From positions 1 through 64,000 of the IMG/VR virus record IMGVR_UViG_3300002042_000001: a DNA stretch of 64,000 bases; one strand, 5' to 3'. Positions within the stretch are counted from its first letter, which is position 1. Each line of letters begins with the position of its first letter. A program made the translations under genes and the position numbers. Positions 7,942 to 16,318 of the stretch are shown here, in pieces. The notes under the pieces are model-generated. The model ran no database searches. It had not been told where the DNA came from and was given only the letters and a program-made list of their open reading frames with translations. The DNA comes from a virus.

Positions 7942-8476
7942 TATAGAACTCTTGGAAAACTTTGCACCAGCGCAAGACGTTGAGAAGCTTTGGGACATGG
8001 TGCGGTGGGATGACACTGATCGTAAGCAAATGGTTCCACGCTATGAGCGGTGGGTGAACGACCTTGGTCGGTGTTACACGTATGGTACAGAACCGTACGA
8101 CCGAACATATACGCCACGCGGTTTTTACGGCAACGATTTCATATTGAAGCAGATGTTGGATATCAACCTCGAAGTTGAAAGCAATTGTTGCTTCATCAAT
8201 GGTTACATCAATCAGTCGCAGCACCTTGGGTGGCATGCAGACGACTCACCTGAAATGTCGCATGATGCGCCTATCATCATTATCAGCTATGGCGCTGAGC
8301 GTGAGATATGGTTCGCGCCCAAAGGGCAGAAGCATGACGTGACACAGGTCAAGATGTCACACCGATCAGCGTTGATTATGCCGGCAGGTATGCAACGCGA
8401 TTGGTTGCATCGTATACCGAAGCTCGACCGCGAATGCGGTAAGCGAATCAGCTACACCTTTAGAACGCTGATTTAA
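7931..8476 (+). CDS. 2OG-Fe(II) oxygenase, AlkB-like
   Basis: LGWHADD ... H ... RISYTFR motif pattern; ATG 7931. Confidence 0.7.
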   Translation: MTPDIELLENFAPAQDVEKLWDMVRWDDTDRKQMVPRYERWVNDLGRCYTYGTEPYDRTYTPRGFYGNDFILKQMLDINLEVESNCCFINGYINQSQHLGWHADDSPEMSHDAPIIIISYGAEREIWFAPKGQKHDVTQVKMSHRSALIMPAGMQRDWLHRIPKLDRECGKRISYTFRTLI

Positions 8477-8625
8477 GACGATTAGAGCGCTTTTAAGCGT
8501 TTCTAGCTGTCATTTGACCTAGAGCGCTATAATCGCTCTCAGATCGCACCAAATCAGGAAGCAGGGGTAATTATCCACTATACTTTTAGTGCAAGCGACG
8601 CTAAACAGCTTGTGAAAGGTAAATA

Positions 8626-9273
8626 ATGCTCGATTTAGACAACATACGCGAAGGTCAGCAGAAGATACGACAGCACGTCGCGTCGGGTGATAAGTTGCAG
8701 TTGTTACGCATCGACGAGCATAGATCAATATTACATTGGCAGGGCGATGGTATCGAGCATATTCCAAATCAACGCATAGTCATGTGTCAGAACGGCGGCA
8801 ACCAGTTTACCGCAGTCAAGCAAGGTGATGAATACATATTCACTAAGGGTTGGTATCAGATGGACCCCGAAGATTGGCGCGAGACAGCGTTTCGCAGGAA
8901 GCGCCTGCTCGACCTAATCAGGTTATCAACATTCAAACCGCCATCTATTTCGTACGTACCGAAGGCGTTTTGCCACCCTGCCGTGCGTGATGTAATATTC
9001 GGTGAGCATATACTTGGCATCAAGATGCACAAGAGCGACGAGAATAACCAGTGGAACTTTGCGTTGGTGTACCGTGAAGGTAAAGCCGACCAGCAGACCT
9101 CACCAGTGTGGGGTGGTAAACCCTGGGAGAGCATACCAGCGAAAGAGTGGTGCGCTAACTTACCGAAGAAGCCACCTTTACCTTTCAAGAAGTTTGAGGT
9201 AGAGACTATGCAAGATGTAGTTAAAGAAGAAATCGCTGAGCTTGAAGAGCGAGCGGATTGGGGATTGTTTTGA
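8626..9273 (+). CDS. hypothetical protein, C-terminal ...ERADWGLF
   Basis: ORF track 215 aa; leader GAAAGGTAAATA before ATG. Confidence 0.65.
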   Translation: MLDLDNIREGQQKIRQHVASGDKLQLLRIDEHRSILHWQGDGIEHIPNQRIVMCQNGGNQFTAVKQGDEYIFTKGWYQMDPEDWRETAFRRKRLLDLIRLSTFKPPSISYVPKAFCHPAVRDVIFGEHILGIKMHKSDENNQWNFALVYREGKADQQTSPVWGGKPWESIPAKEWCANLPKKPPLPFKKFEVETMQDVVKEEIAELEERADWGLF

Positions 9274-9557
9274 AGAAGATCACGGAATTCAAAGTTGACC
9301 GCCTCAAGAAGTGGTGCGCAGCAGAGTTGTCACCAACTGTGACAATGCGTGGCGACACCGATCTGCTAGTCATCAGCGAAATTATCGTCAAGTCTAGCGG
9401 CGTGGTTATTCTGCGCTCGTTCGACACGGTGAAAGGTTCTGGTGGAATGAATGGCGCCGACAAAGTAATTATGACCGAGCATATCATCGACCCTGAAGAT
9501 ATCTTGGCGGTAACAGTACAGCGAGAGCATGATGGCGAAGAAACCGAAGAAACCTAG
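9258..9557 (+). CDS. hypothetical protein; start uncertain (TTG 9258 or TTGA-coupled TTG 9270)
   Basis: ORF track 99 aa; no ATG near 5' end. Confidence 0.5.
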   Translation: MGIVLKKITEFKVDRLKKWCAAELSPTVTMRGDTDLLVISEIIVKSSGVVILRSFDTVKGSGGMNGADKVIMTEHIIDPEDILAVTVQREHDGEETEET

Positions 9558-9664
9558 CAGCCGCAACCCGATTGCAGGCTCCCGCCATAGAGGTTTGACT
9601 CGCGTTCAGATTATCCCGAACAAGAAGAAACCGAAACGGCACGACAAGCATAAAGGGCAAGAAG

Positions 9665-9991
9665 ATGAAATTTGAATGGGGTTTGGAAGACTTTCGAGTA
9701 GGTCGAAGGGTATGGATTAGTAGCGGTGCATCGAACGGCGAGTGCATGATCGGCTACAACTATAACAGCGCAGTCGAGCCAGTCGATTGGGCCAAGATGA
9801 CAAACAGCGAACGTGATATTTGGCGTGAGTTGAACGATAAGCGCTTTTGCCTTATCAGCCTCACTGATGGCTGCTTGTACAATGAAAACCTGACCGCCCA
9901 GGAAATGGTGGACCAACTCAACAAATACGGCTATCAACCAACGACATTGGAAGGCGATTACATGAAGTATCGCCAGCAGGTCGTGAAATGA
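9665..9991 (+). CDS. hypothetical protein
   Basis: ORF track 108 aa. Confidence 0.6.
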   Translation: MKFEWGLEDFRVGRRVWISSGASNGECMIGYNYNSAVEPVDWAKMTNSERDIWRELNDKRFCLISLTDGCLYNENLTAQEMVDQLNKYGYQPTTLEGDYMKYRQQVVK

Positions 9992-10296
9992 TAGTATTCT
10001 TTGGCGCACCGATCTATACCGCTTCGCTGACCTTCGATGGGTTCGAGCGACCAGTCACCATCAACGGCGGTTTGATACCGCATATAATGCCACAGAAGGT
10101 GCGTGAACCTGACAACGACAACCAACCAGATGACCTCAACGATGGGGAATTCATGTGGAGTGTTGACGTGAAAGCGTTTCACGTGGTAGAGCTAATGGCT
10201 GATACAGAAGAAGAGGCGCGTATCAAAGCAGATCGATACGTGGAACGAATGGGTGGCGATGTTGATGGAACATCAGAAGTGGAGCCGAAGGTATGA
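9988..10296 (+). CDS. hypothetical protein
   Basis: ORF track 102 aa, ATGA coupling. Confidence 0.6.
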   Translation: MIVFFGAPIYTASLTFDGFERPVTINGGLIPHIMPQKVREPDNDNQPDDLNDGEFMWSVDVKAFHVVELMADTEEEARIKADRYVERMGGDVDGTSEVEPKV

Positions 10297-10382
10297 ATGA
10301 CTATGTATATTTAATTGTGCCAATCGCAGGCGTTGTTGTCTCAGTGGCAATTTATGCTTGCGTACGCAGAATGCGTCGCTAG
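10293..10382 (+). CDS. 29-aa single-TM peptide
   Basis: ATGA overlap with upstream stop; MNDYVYLIVPIAGVVVSVAIYACVRRMRR. Confidence 0.35.
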   Translation: MNDYVYLIVPIAGVVVSVAIYACVRRMRR

Positions 10383-10720
10383 TGCCGGCGCCCTGGGATA
10401 ACTTCGTCGATATTAAAAATCGATACCCGCACTTGATCGGGCGTAGCGACGCGTACAACGAGGCTATCGATATGGCTTGGTTGATTACCAATGTCATTAA
10501 ACTGCGCGCCCGCGTGAATGAATTGTTCCGCGCAATCAATGTGCAGGTGGAATTGCGCAGAAAGTACAAACGGCAAAGAGACGCGCTTGACAGCGGTCTA
10601 TCTGACGTGCATATCTTAATTCAAGAGCAAGCACAGGCTGGCATGTACAATATCGAAGATATGCAAGAAGTGCTGGATTATATCGAACACTATCGAGCAA
10701 AGGGTAAAGGTGATGGCTAA
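10358..10720 (+). CDS. hypothetical protein (start TTG 10358 or GTG 10382)
   Basis: ORF track 120 aa. Confidence 0.55.
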   Translation: MRTQNASLVPAPWDNFVDIKNRYPHLIGRSDAYNEAIDMAWLITNVIKLRARVNELFRAINVQVELRRKYKRQRDALDSGLSDVHILIQEQAQAGMYNIEDMQEVLDYIEHYRAKGKGDG

Positions 10721-10916
10721 ATTCACAATTTTCGCACGACCAGATGACGACATTGCATCTATTCTGATTATCCCAAGTGAGGGTGAAGACCCCGAAACCG
10801 CCAAGCGAAATGCTATAGGTCAAATGAACAACCTTGGCTTCGAGCAAGAAGATATGCACATTATCGGCGTGGTTGGCGGTGATATTAACGTATTGGAGTG
10901 GAACGACCGAGCATGA
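10710..10916 (+). CDS. hypothetical protein
   Basis: ORF track 68 aa. Confidence 0.55.
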   Translation: MMAKFTIFARPDDDIASILIIPSEGEDPETAKRNAIGQMNNLGFEQEDMHIIGVVGGDINVLEWNDRA

Positions 10917-11257
10917 CATTGCCCTTAGATATTAGCCACATGGCTTTGCCAGCGCGAACCATGATTACAGACCACGCATCAGTCCGTATACTTGAGGCGT
11001 TGGGCGGTGACGACTTCATCGAGAAGTATAACGCCGATGACTTCTTTAGCAGTGACAATCCGCAACCGCGTATGCAGTTTGCTATGCCGCACAACAACCG
11101 CATGGTGCACTTTGAAATAAGCGAGAAGGAAGACCTAACGCTGATCGTGGTCATGTTTACGGATAAAGGTGACGGGAAGCGAAACTTCTTGCATTGCGAA
11201 TATGATTCAAGCTATGACGAATTGAAAGCAACATTTGAAGACATGCTAGCGAGGTAA
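10913..11257 (+). CDS. hypothetical protein
   Basis: ATGA-coupled ATG 10913 in ORF 10898-11257. Confidence 0.6.
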   Translation: MTLPLDISHMALPARTMITDHASVRILEALGGDDFIEKYNADDFFSSDNPQPRMQFAMPHNNRMVHFEISEKEDLTLIVVMFTDKGDGKRNFLHCEYDSSYDELKATFEDMLAR

Positions 11258-11258
11258 A

Positions 11259-11888
11259 ATGGACACTTCATTCGTCAATGACAAACCAAAAGCAAAGCAG
11301 GCGTTGCAGCTTTGCAAGCTACATCATGCGGGGCAAATGCGAAAGTGGTCGAACGTACCATATTGGCATCATCCGGTCGAAGTAACCGAGATACTATTAC
11401 AGTGCGACTATGTGGACGATGACACGATTGCAGCATCGCTATTGCACGACACCCGCGAAGACACCGATATTACAGTCCATGAGATTGAGGCTATTAGCTC
11501 GAAAACTTTCAGGCTAGTTGAGGCGCTAACCAACACCGAGCGGTGGGCTGGTGATAAGGAACGGCAGCTTGAGCATAACCTGAAACGTTTAAGAGGCGCA
11601 CCACGTGACGCAAAGCTTATCAAAGCTGCTGACGTGCTACACAACAGCCGTGATATCGTGCAAACCAACATCAAACGAGCGCCCAAGTATCTGATTAAAA
11701 AGATACGGACGCTTGAAGCTGTGCAGACAGACTCGAACGTGTGGAGACAGACGCAGAACGAAATGGGCCGTCTGGTCAAACAGGCTCACGCATGGTTCGA
11801 AGAAGATCAGCGGTTGGACCGCGAGCAATTCGAAGACGCCTTGGTATTCATCGAAGCAGAAGAATTGCTACAGCAGGCTTTGTTCTAA
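11259..11888 (+). CDS. RelA/SpoT-family HD hydrolase (Mesh1 / small alarmone hydrolase-like)
   Basis: HHAGQMRKW..VPYWHHPVEV and AASLLHDTREDT motifs. Confidence 0.7.
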   Translation: MDTSFVNDKPKAKQALQLCKLHHAGQMRKWSNVPYWHHPVEVTEILLQCDYVDDDTIAASLLHDTREDTDITVHEIEAISSKTFRLVEALTNTERWAGDKERQLEHNLKRLRGAPRDAKLIKAADVLHNSRDIVQTNIKRAPKYLIKKIRTLEAVQTDSNVWRQTQNEMGRLVKQAHAWFEEDQRLDREQFEDALVFIEAEELLQQALF

Positions 11889-11893
11889 CCCAC

Positions 11894-11921
11894 TTCACGA
11901 ATCATTCCTGATTGCTAAAGT
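11894..11921 (+). promoter_or_regulatory. class I sigma70-like promoter: TTCACG-16-TAAAGT, preceded by AACCCAC
   Basis: conserved AACCCACTTCACGAATC element directly after stop codon. Confidence 0.5.
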
Positions 11922-11942
11922 ATGCTAAAGTATGCTAAAGTT
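11913..11942. repeat. tandem decamer TGCTAAAGTA x3
   Basis: tgctaaagta tgctaaagta tgctaaagtt; flanks attgctaaa / tttagcaat are inverted. Confidence 0.85.
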
Positions 11943-11958
11943 TAGCAATGAAAGGTAC

Positions 11959-12243
11959 ATGATGAAGATCAATGGTTTCAATTTAACGTACCGCGTAGGC
12001 GAGAACCAGCGGTGTCCGTGTTGTCAAAGGCAGCAATGGCATATAGGTCGCACGATGGCTGAATGTGCTTTCTGTGAAATGGCGCTACCTCTAGCCGATC
12101 AAGCAAGACAACCGGCTCAGCCAAGGTACTCCGTTACCAAATCTGGTACGGCAGCGTTTGCATATAGAGCAGCAGATGGGAACGCCGAAAGGTTGCGAAA
12201 TGGTTTCCGTCCTGGCGAGCTACAGGTAATGGTAGCTGGATAA
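11959..12243 (+). CDS. Cys-rich (CxxC...CxxC) hypothetical protein
   Basis: ATG 11959 placed after GAAAGGTAC leader; ORF track 11932-12243. Confidence 0.55.
   Translation: MMKINGFNLTYRVGENQRCPCCQRQQWHIGRTMAECAFCEMALPLADQARQPAQPRYSVTKSGTAAFAYRAADGNAERLRNGFRPGELQVMVAG
12145..12166 (+). promoter_or_regulatory. class II box GGTACGGCAGCGTTTGCATATA inside coding sequence
   Basis: 19-nt identity with copy at 18709-18727, read in a different frame. Confidence 0.45.
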
Positions 12244-12254
12244 GCATTGCCCAC

Positions 12255-12282
12255 TTCAGTTAGCGGTGCGAATCGCTAAGGT
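12255..12282 (+). promoter_or_regulatory. class I-like promoter TTCAGT-16-TAAGGT
   Basis: CCCACTTCAG ... GCGAATCGC context, leader CGAAAGGTAAGAAAATG downstream. Confidence 0.4.
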
Positions 12283-12311
12283 GGTAAGACCAAACAGCGA
12301 AAGGTAAGAAA

Positions 12312-12695
12312 ATGTTTACAGACTTCACTAGCAAAGGTTATCAGCAGCTTGGCGACGAGGTTGTCAGCGAACTAGCTGCACTCGGTCGCAAGCATGGGCT
12401 CGACTTTGATATCGTCGGTGGTTCGGTTGGGATAACCGACATGACGCTTAAAGTAAAAGCGAAGACGATCAATACTGGCGCCATCGAAAAAGAGAAGCGC
12501 GAAGCAATGGACCGCAACGGTATCGGGTTCGGTATTGGCTCTAGCGATTACGGTCGCACATTCATGTTTCGCGGACAAGCTTACAAGCTTGTGGGTATCA
12601 AAGCGTCTCGCCCCAAATATCCTGTACTAGCTGAGCAGGTTGGCACTGAGAAGGTGTACAAATTCCCAGCTAGCGTACTTTCTGAATTGAGGTAA
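12312..12695 (+). CDS. hypothetical protein
   Basis: ORF track 127 aa; conserved leader. Confidence 0.6.
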   Translation: MFTDFTSKGYQQLGDEVVSELAALGRKHGLDFDIVGGSVGITDMTLKVKAKTINTGAIEKEKREAMDRNGIGFGIGSSDYGRTFMFRGQAYKLVGIKASRPKYPVLAEQVGTEKVYKFPASVLSELR

Positions 12696-12698
12696 TCA

Positions 12699-13022
12699 AT
12701 GGCAAATATTGTATTCACAGGCAAGGGTGAAAACCCAAAGGGTGACTTTGTTGTTCGCGCAGAGTGTGAGCGATTGGCTGAAGAGAAAGGTCATCACATC
12801 CAACGCGGTGTAACCAGATCGACCGACTATCTCGTGGCTGCGCGGCACGATACCGTCAAAGCAGACAAAGCGCGTGAGTTTGGAACGCACGTTATCACCT
12901 ACAAGCAATTCTTTGAGTTGCTTGCTGTGGGCGCTATTACAAACAAAGACACGGCGATACCGAAGGTTGAACCGTTGGACTTCTCCGACTGTGAGGACGA
13001 AGAAGGTTGGGGTATGTTCTAA
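12699..13022 (+). CDS. BRCT-domain protein, C-terminal ...EEGWGMF
   Basis: IVFTG...TRSTDYLVAA...KADKAREFGTHVITYKQFFELL resembles LigA-type BRCT. Confidence 0.6.
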   Translation: MANIVFTGKGENPKGDFVVRAECERLAEEKGHHIQRGVTRSTDYLVAARHDTVKADKAREFGTHVITYKQFFELLAVGAITNKDTAIPKVEPLDFSDCEDEEGWGMF

Positions 13023-13397
13023 GTGCCTATTATGAGTGGAGTTTTTGACGAAATGGAAGACGAAGAAGCCCAAGATTATATCAAGAAAATCATGGAGTAT
13101 ACCCCTGACGGGGATAAAGACAGCTACTTCAAACAAATGATGGAAAACGACGCGGTACGTGACCAGCTATGGCACGAGCCAGGTTTGACGATGGGTAAGG
13201 AAGACAAGCGCTGGGAGAAGCGAAAGGTCAACCAAGAAATCGCCGAGCGTAAAGAGCGCGAGCTTGCCGCTGTGGAACAGCGTATGGCGGAAGAAGAACA
13301 ACGCGTCGCGGCTCTTAAAGAGCTTGAAATTGCGAGGGAAAAAGCTAATAAAGAACGTGATGAAAACGAAGGTCGTCCAGAATGGGGTATCTTTTAG
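13023..13397 (+). CDS. charged coiled-coil protein, C-terminal ...RPEWGIF
   Basis: ORF track 124 aa (GTG 13023 or ATG 13032). Confidence 0.6.
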   Translation: MPIMSGVFDEMEDEEAQDYIKKIMEYTPDGDKDSYFKQMMENDAVRDQLWHEPGLTMGKEDKRWEKRKVNQEIAERKERELAAVEQRMAEEEQRVAALKELEIAREKANKERDENEGRPEWGIF

Positions 13398-13416
13398 ATT
13401 TGATGTAGGAATAGCC

Positions 13417-13665
13417 GTGCCAAACCCCAAGATCGTAGCAGGTATCAGAAATCTAAAGAACGCCACCACATCAGCAACCAATGCGGCGGCTGCTACCACT
13501 TCTGCCATGAATAATATGTCAGCAGCAGCTTCACAGGCACAAGCGTCGATGAAAGAATTAGCGCAGAAGTACAACGGTATGAAGGCTACTATGATTATCG
13601 AAGACGACCCTATTATACGCGAACCGATCACGCAAGAAGAGTTAGAAGGGTGGGGAATGTTTTGA
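13417..13665 (+). CDS. hypothetical protein, C-terminal ...LEGWGMF (GTG start inferred)
   Basis: downstream part of ORF 13264-13665; AGGAA 5 nt before GTG 13417. Confidence 0.45.
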   Translation: MPNPKIVAGIRNLKNATTSATNAAAATTSAMNNMSAAASQAQASMKELAQKYNGMKATMIIEDDPIIREPITQEELEGWGMF

Positions 13666-13925
13666 CCCAAGGTAAAGTACCGAAGTGGGAAATGTACGGC
13701 GGGGTGGTCTTCATGGACTACAGCATCTATTGCAAGAAAGATGCAGACACCGAAGAGAAGTTTTGGGCTGTTCGTCTCGCACCGCACTTTGTCGAAGAGT
13801 GCTATGACAAGCTTGGCGACGCTATAGGTGCTGTCTTGCGCAATCATCGCAACGCACAAGCAGAGGTTTTGAACGGTATACGCAGACCAGAACCAGACCC
13901 AAAGCGACCACCGGAAGCCGCTTGA
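13650..13925 (+). CDS. hypothetical protein; start uncertain (GTG 13650 / TTGA-coupled TTG 13662 / ATG 13692)
   Basis: ORF track 91 aa. Confidence 0.5.
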   Translation: MGNVLTQGKVPKWEMYGGVVFMDYSIYCKKDADTEEKFWAVRLAPHFVEECYDKLGDAIGAVLRNHRNAQAEVLNGIRRPEPDPKRPPEAA

Positions 13926-13950
13926 CCATTGCAGGAGAATCGTGCATTAC
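13922..13950 (+). promoter_or_regulatory. sigma70-like promoter TTGACC-17-CATTAC
   Basis: followed by leader ACGAAAGGTAATGCAATG. Confidence 0.4.
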
Positions 13951-13977
13951 AGTTGCAAGACAACGAAAGGTAATGCA

Positions 13978-14688
13978 ATGCGATATGTAAGGTTAGTGGC
14001 AGTCGAAGATGAATACGACAACACACCAGGATTGGCGATTAAAGGTTGTCGCACTGACTATGAAGGTTTCATGGCAGCGCGAGACGGTAACCTGATCGCA
14101 CATGACTTGATTGAACATCAGAACGGGCTTGAAAACATGGGTCCGGTATGGGATGAACTGCAAGCTCTCGGTGGTATATGGCACACACGCGGTCGTTGGG
14201 GTCAAATGCTTACCAAATACGGTTCGCACTTCACACCTGACTACCACATTGGCGCAAGCATTCAACAGATGCACGGCGACCACATGCTGAACGGTTATCA
14301 CCACTTTCACGATTGGGATTTACTCGGCCCCAAGCTCAACACATACGAACATTTGTACGACGAGGATTTCTTATTGTGTATCGAGCAAGCCAGAGGTTTA
14401 ATTGAAGGCGAACGCAAGTCACATTGCGAATGTCCAGACGATCACGAATATTACACCGCAGCACGTGACGCTATCTTGGCGGCGTCATTGCACCACCTAC
14501 GTACTGGCTTTCGCAAAGCAGAGCGACGCTTCGGTGGGTATGACTTCAAATCCCACGACACGTACCGACGCATTCAAGATGCTGTTAATGGTGTTGTGAA
14601 GATGGTCGATTTCGAAGGGCAAGAGTTTCTGCTAGGTTACAGCAGCTACGAAGCCACAATCAGCGAAGTATACGAAGAGGAATATTGA
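13978..14688 (+). CDS. hypothetical protein (236 aa)
   Basis: ATG 13978 at conserved leader spacing; ORF 13942-14688. Confidence 0.65.
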   Translation: MRYVRLVAVEDEYDNTPGLAIKGCRTDYEGFMAARDGNLIAHDLIEHQNGLENMGPVWDELQALGGIWHTRGRWGQMLTKYGSHFTPDYHIGASIQQMHGDHMLNGYHHFHDWDLLGPKLNTYEHLYDEDFLLCIEQARGLIEGERKSHCECPDDHEYYTAARDAILAASLHHLRTGFRKAERRFGGYDFKSHDTYRRIQDAVNGVVKMVDFEGQEFLLGYSSYEATISEVYEEEY

Positions 14689-14689
14689 T

Positions 14690-14965
14690 ATGCTCCACCC
14701 GATGAACCTAGACAACTCACAACCGCACAAAGATGGCGGTCGAGTATGGCCCTTCACACGCGCTGGTGGCTCACAGTTGGTCACCGTGCGACAGCTACCC
14801 AAACCAGTCGCCGGCATTCGGTACACCATACGCGTAACCAACCGCAGCGGTGAAAAGATCGAGAGTTGGGCTTACAAAACAATGACAGGCGCTAAGAAGC
14901 GTGTGATGTTAGAAATGCCAAAAATGGCAATGGCTTATGAGCAATCCCAATTGCAATCTCGTTAG
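14690..14965 (+). CDS. hypothetical protein
   Basis: ORF track 91 aa; contains 22-nt repeat 14708-14729. Confidence 0.5.
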   Translation: MLHPMNLDNSQPHKDGGRVWPFTRAGGSQLVTVRQLPKPVAGIRYTIRVTNRSGEKIESWAYKTMTGAKKRVMLEMPKMAMAYEQSQLQSR

Positions 14966-15002
14966 AAACTAGCTATGTTATTTCTAACAGAAAAGGAATA
15001 GC

Positions 15003-15545
15003 ATGACAGAGTTTGTAGGACACATTCGCGATGGTGGTTTGTTACCGCTAGCGCAAGATTTCGCCGCAGCAGTGATGTTAGCGGGTGACCAGAACGAAAC
15101 CATCCACCGCGAAGGTGAAGATGAAACTTATCTCAAACGTTGGTTTGTGGCTCGCAAGAACATGATACCAACAGTGATCGGTGAACGTATCAGCAAAGAA
15201 GAATCACGCGCAGTAGCGGGCTTCGTGCCAAGCATGGTAGAAAACGTTTACGTGCACAAATTCGGTGCAGGTGACGCGAACGAAACCTTGCACGATCATC
15301 CGTGGTGGAACGTGTCGCTGATAGTCTCCGGTGGGTACACCGAGCAACTGGATGACCGACTGGTCGAGCGCAACCCAGGCGATGTAATTATTCGACAAGC
15401 GGCTGATCGACATGCGATACGGCTAGTCAAACCTGACACCGTAACGATCTTTGGTACGGGCATCAAAGAGCGCGAGTGGGGTTTTTGGGTCGATGGCGAA
15501 TTCGTACATTGGCGTGACTTTCACAATCATACGAGGGAAATATAA
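15003..15545 (+). CDS. hypothetical protein (His-rich, possibly cupin-like)
   Basis: ORF track 180 aa; HDHPWWN ... H. Confidence 0.6.
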   Translation: MTEFVGHIRDGGLLPLAQDFAAAVMLAGDQNETIHREGEDETYLKRWFVARKNMIPTVIGERISKEESRAVAGFVPSMVENVYVHKFGAGDANETLHDHPWWNVSLIVSGGYTEQLDDRLVERNPGDVIIRQAADRHAIRLVKPDTVTIFGTGIKEREWGFWVDGEFVHWRDFHNHTREI

Positions 15546-15727
15546 TGGCCGAAGAAGGTAAATTTGCAGAACGTATGAAGATGCAGCAGCTTGAAATGCA
15601 AGTCGAGCAGGCAGAGCAAAACATGTCCATGTTGAAGAATGTGTTTCGAGAATTATTGATTGATCTTGATGATGAAAATTGGGATAGCATTATCGAAACA
15701 ATTGAGGGTTTTAGAGGTAAGGTATGA
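15545..15727 (+). CDS. small coiled-coil protein
   Basis: ORF track 60 aa. Confidence 0.55.
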   Translation: MAEEGKFAERMKMQQLEMQVEQAEQNMSMLKNVFRELLIDLDDENWDSIIETIEGFRGKV

Positions 15728-15948
15728 GACGCAAGCTAGAAGATGATGGCTTAATTCATATCGACCTTACCGGACCTGCGGGTAACGCGTATTCTCTCAT
15801 GGGTACGGCAGAGCAGATCGCTAAGTCAGAAGGTTGGGATGAACAGTAGATCGAAGCGCTGGTGGAAAACATGAAGTCAGGCGACTATGAACACCTAGTC
15901 TCGGTGTTGGATGATACGTTTGGGGAGTTGGTGGTTTTATATGAGTAA
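15724..15948 (+). pseudogene. 73-codon gene interrupted by in-frame TAG at 15847-15849
   Basis: ATGA-coupled start; 41 codons, TAG, 32 further sense codons; end overlaps next start. Confidence 0.5.
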
Positions 15949-16255
15949 ATTCACAGCAGAGTATCGCGTGGACAATCGCACTTTCAGTCTCGACATTGAA
16001 GCTGAAGGGTGGCAAGAAGCTGAATTCAAACTTGAAGCGTTGCGTGACAATGGCTACTTCGTAGAGAAAGACGTGATCGAGTATCAGTTGGACTCGTTCG
16101 TCTATCGAGCGCGTTGCAGGCATTTCGAGACCGAAGAAGAAGCACGCCGGCACTTGGCTATAATCAAGTTTCATTCACGCATAACGGGTGAAGTAGTGTT
16201 TCGCACGAAAGTGCCCAACTTCTTTGCTGGTCTGATATCAAAACGGATAGACTAA
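15941..16255 (+). CDS. hypothetical protein
   Basis: ATG 15941 within ORF 15911-16255. Confidence 0.6.
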   Translation: MSKFTAEYRVDNRTFSLDIEAEGWQEAEFKLEALRDNGYFVEKDVIEYQLDSFVYRARCRHFETEEEARRHLAIIKFHSRITGEVVFRTKVPNFFAGLISKRID

Positions 16256-16260
16256 CCCAC

Positions 16261-16288
16261 TATGCGAATCGTCGTAACGTGCTATTGA
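16261..16288 (+). promoter_or_regulatory. class I promoter TATGCG-16-TATTGA after AACCCAC
   Basis: element starts right after TAA 16253-16255; leader ACGAAAGGTAAACGAAATG. Confidence 0.5.
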
Positions 16289-16318
16289 TGGTGCACAAGC
16301 TAACGAAAGGTAAACGAA

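Noticed and set aside
8514-8533. TTGACC ... TATAAT as a sigma70 promoter upstream of 8626
   Set aside because: The hexamers are only 8 nt apart. No acceptable -35 lies at 16-18 nt, so at best this is a -10-only element.
11913-11942. CRISPR array
   Set aside because: There are only three contiguous 10-nt units with no spacers. The CCATGGG sites are irregularly spaced and far too short. No CRISPR array is present in the window.
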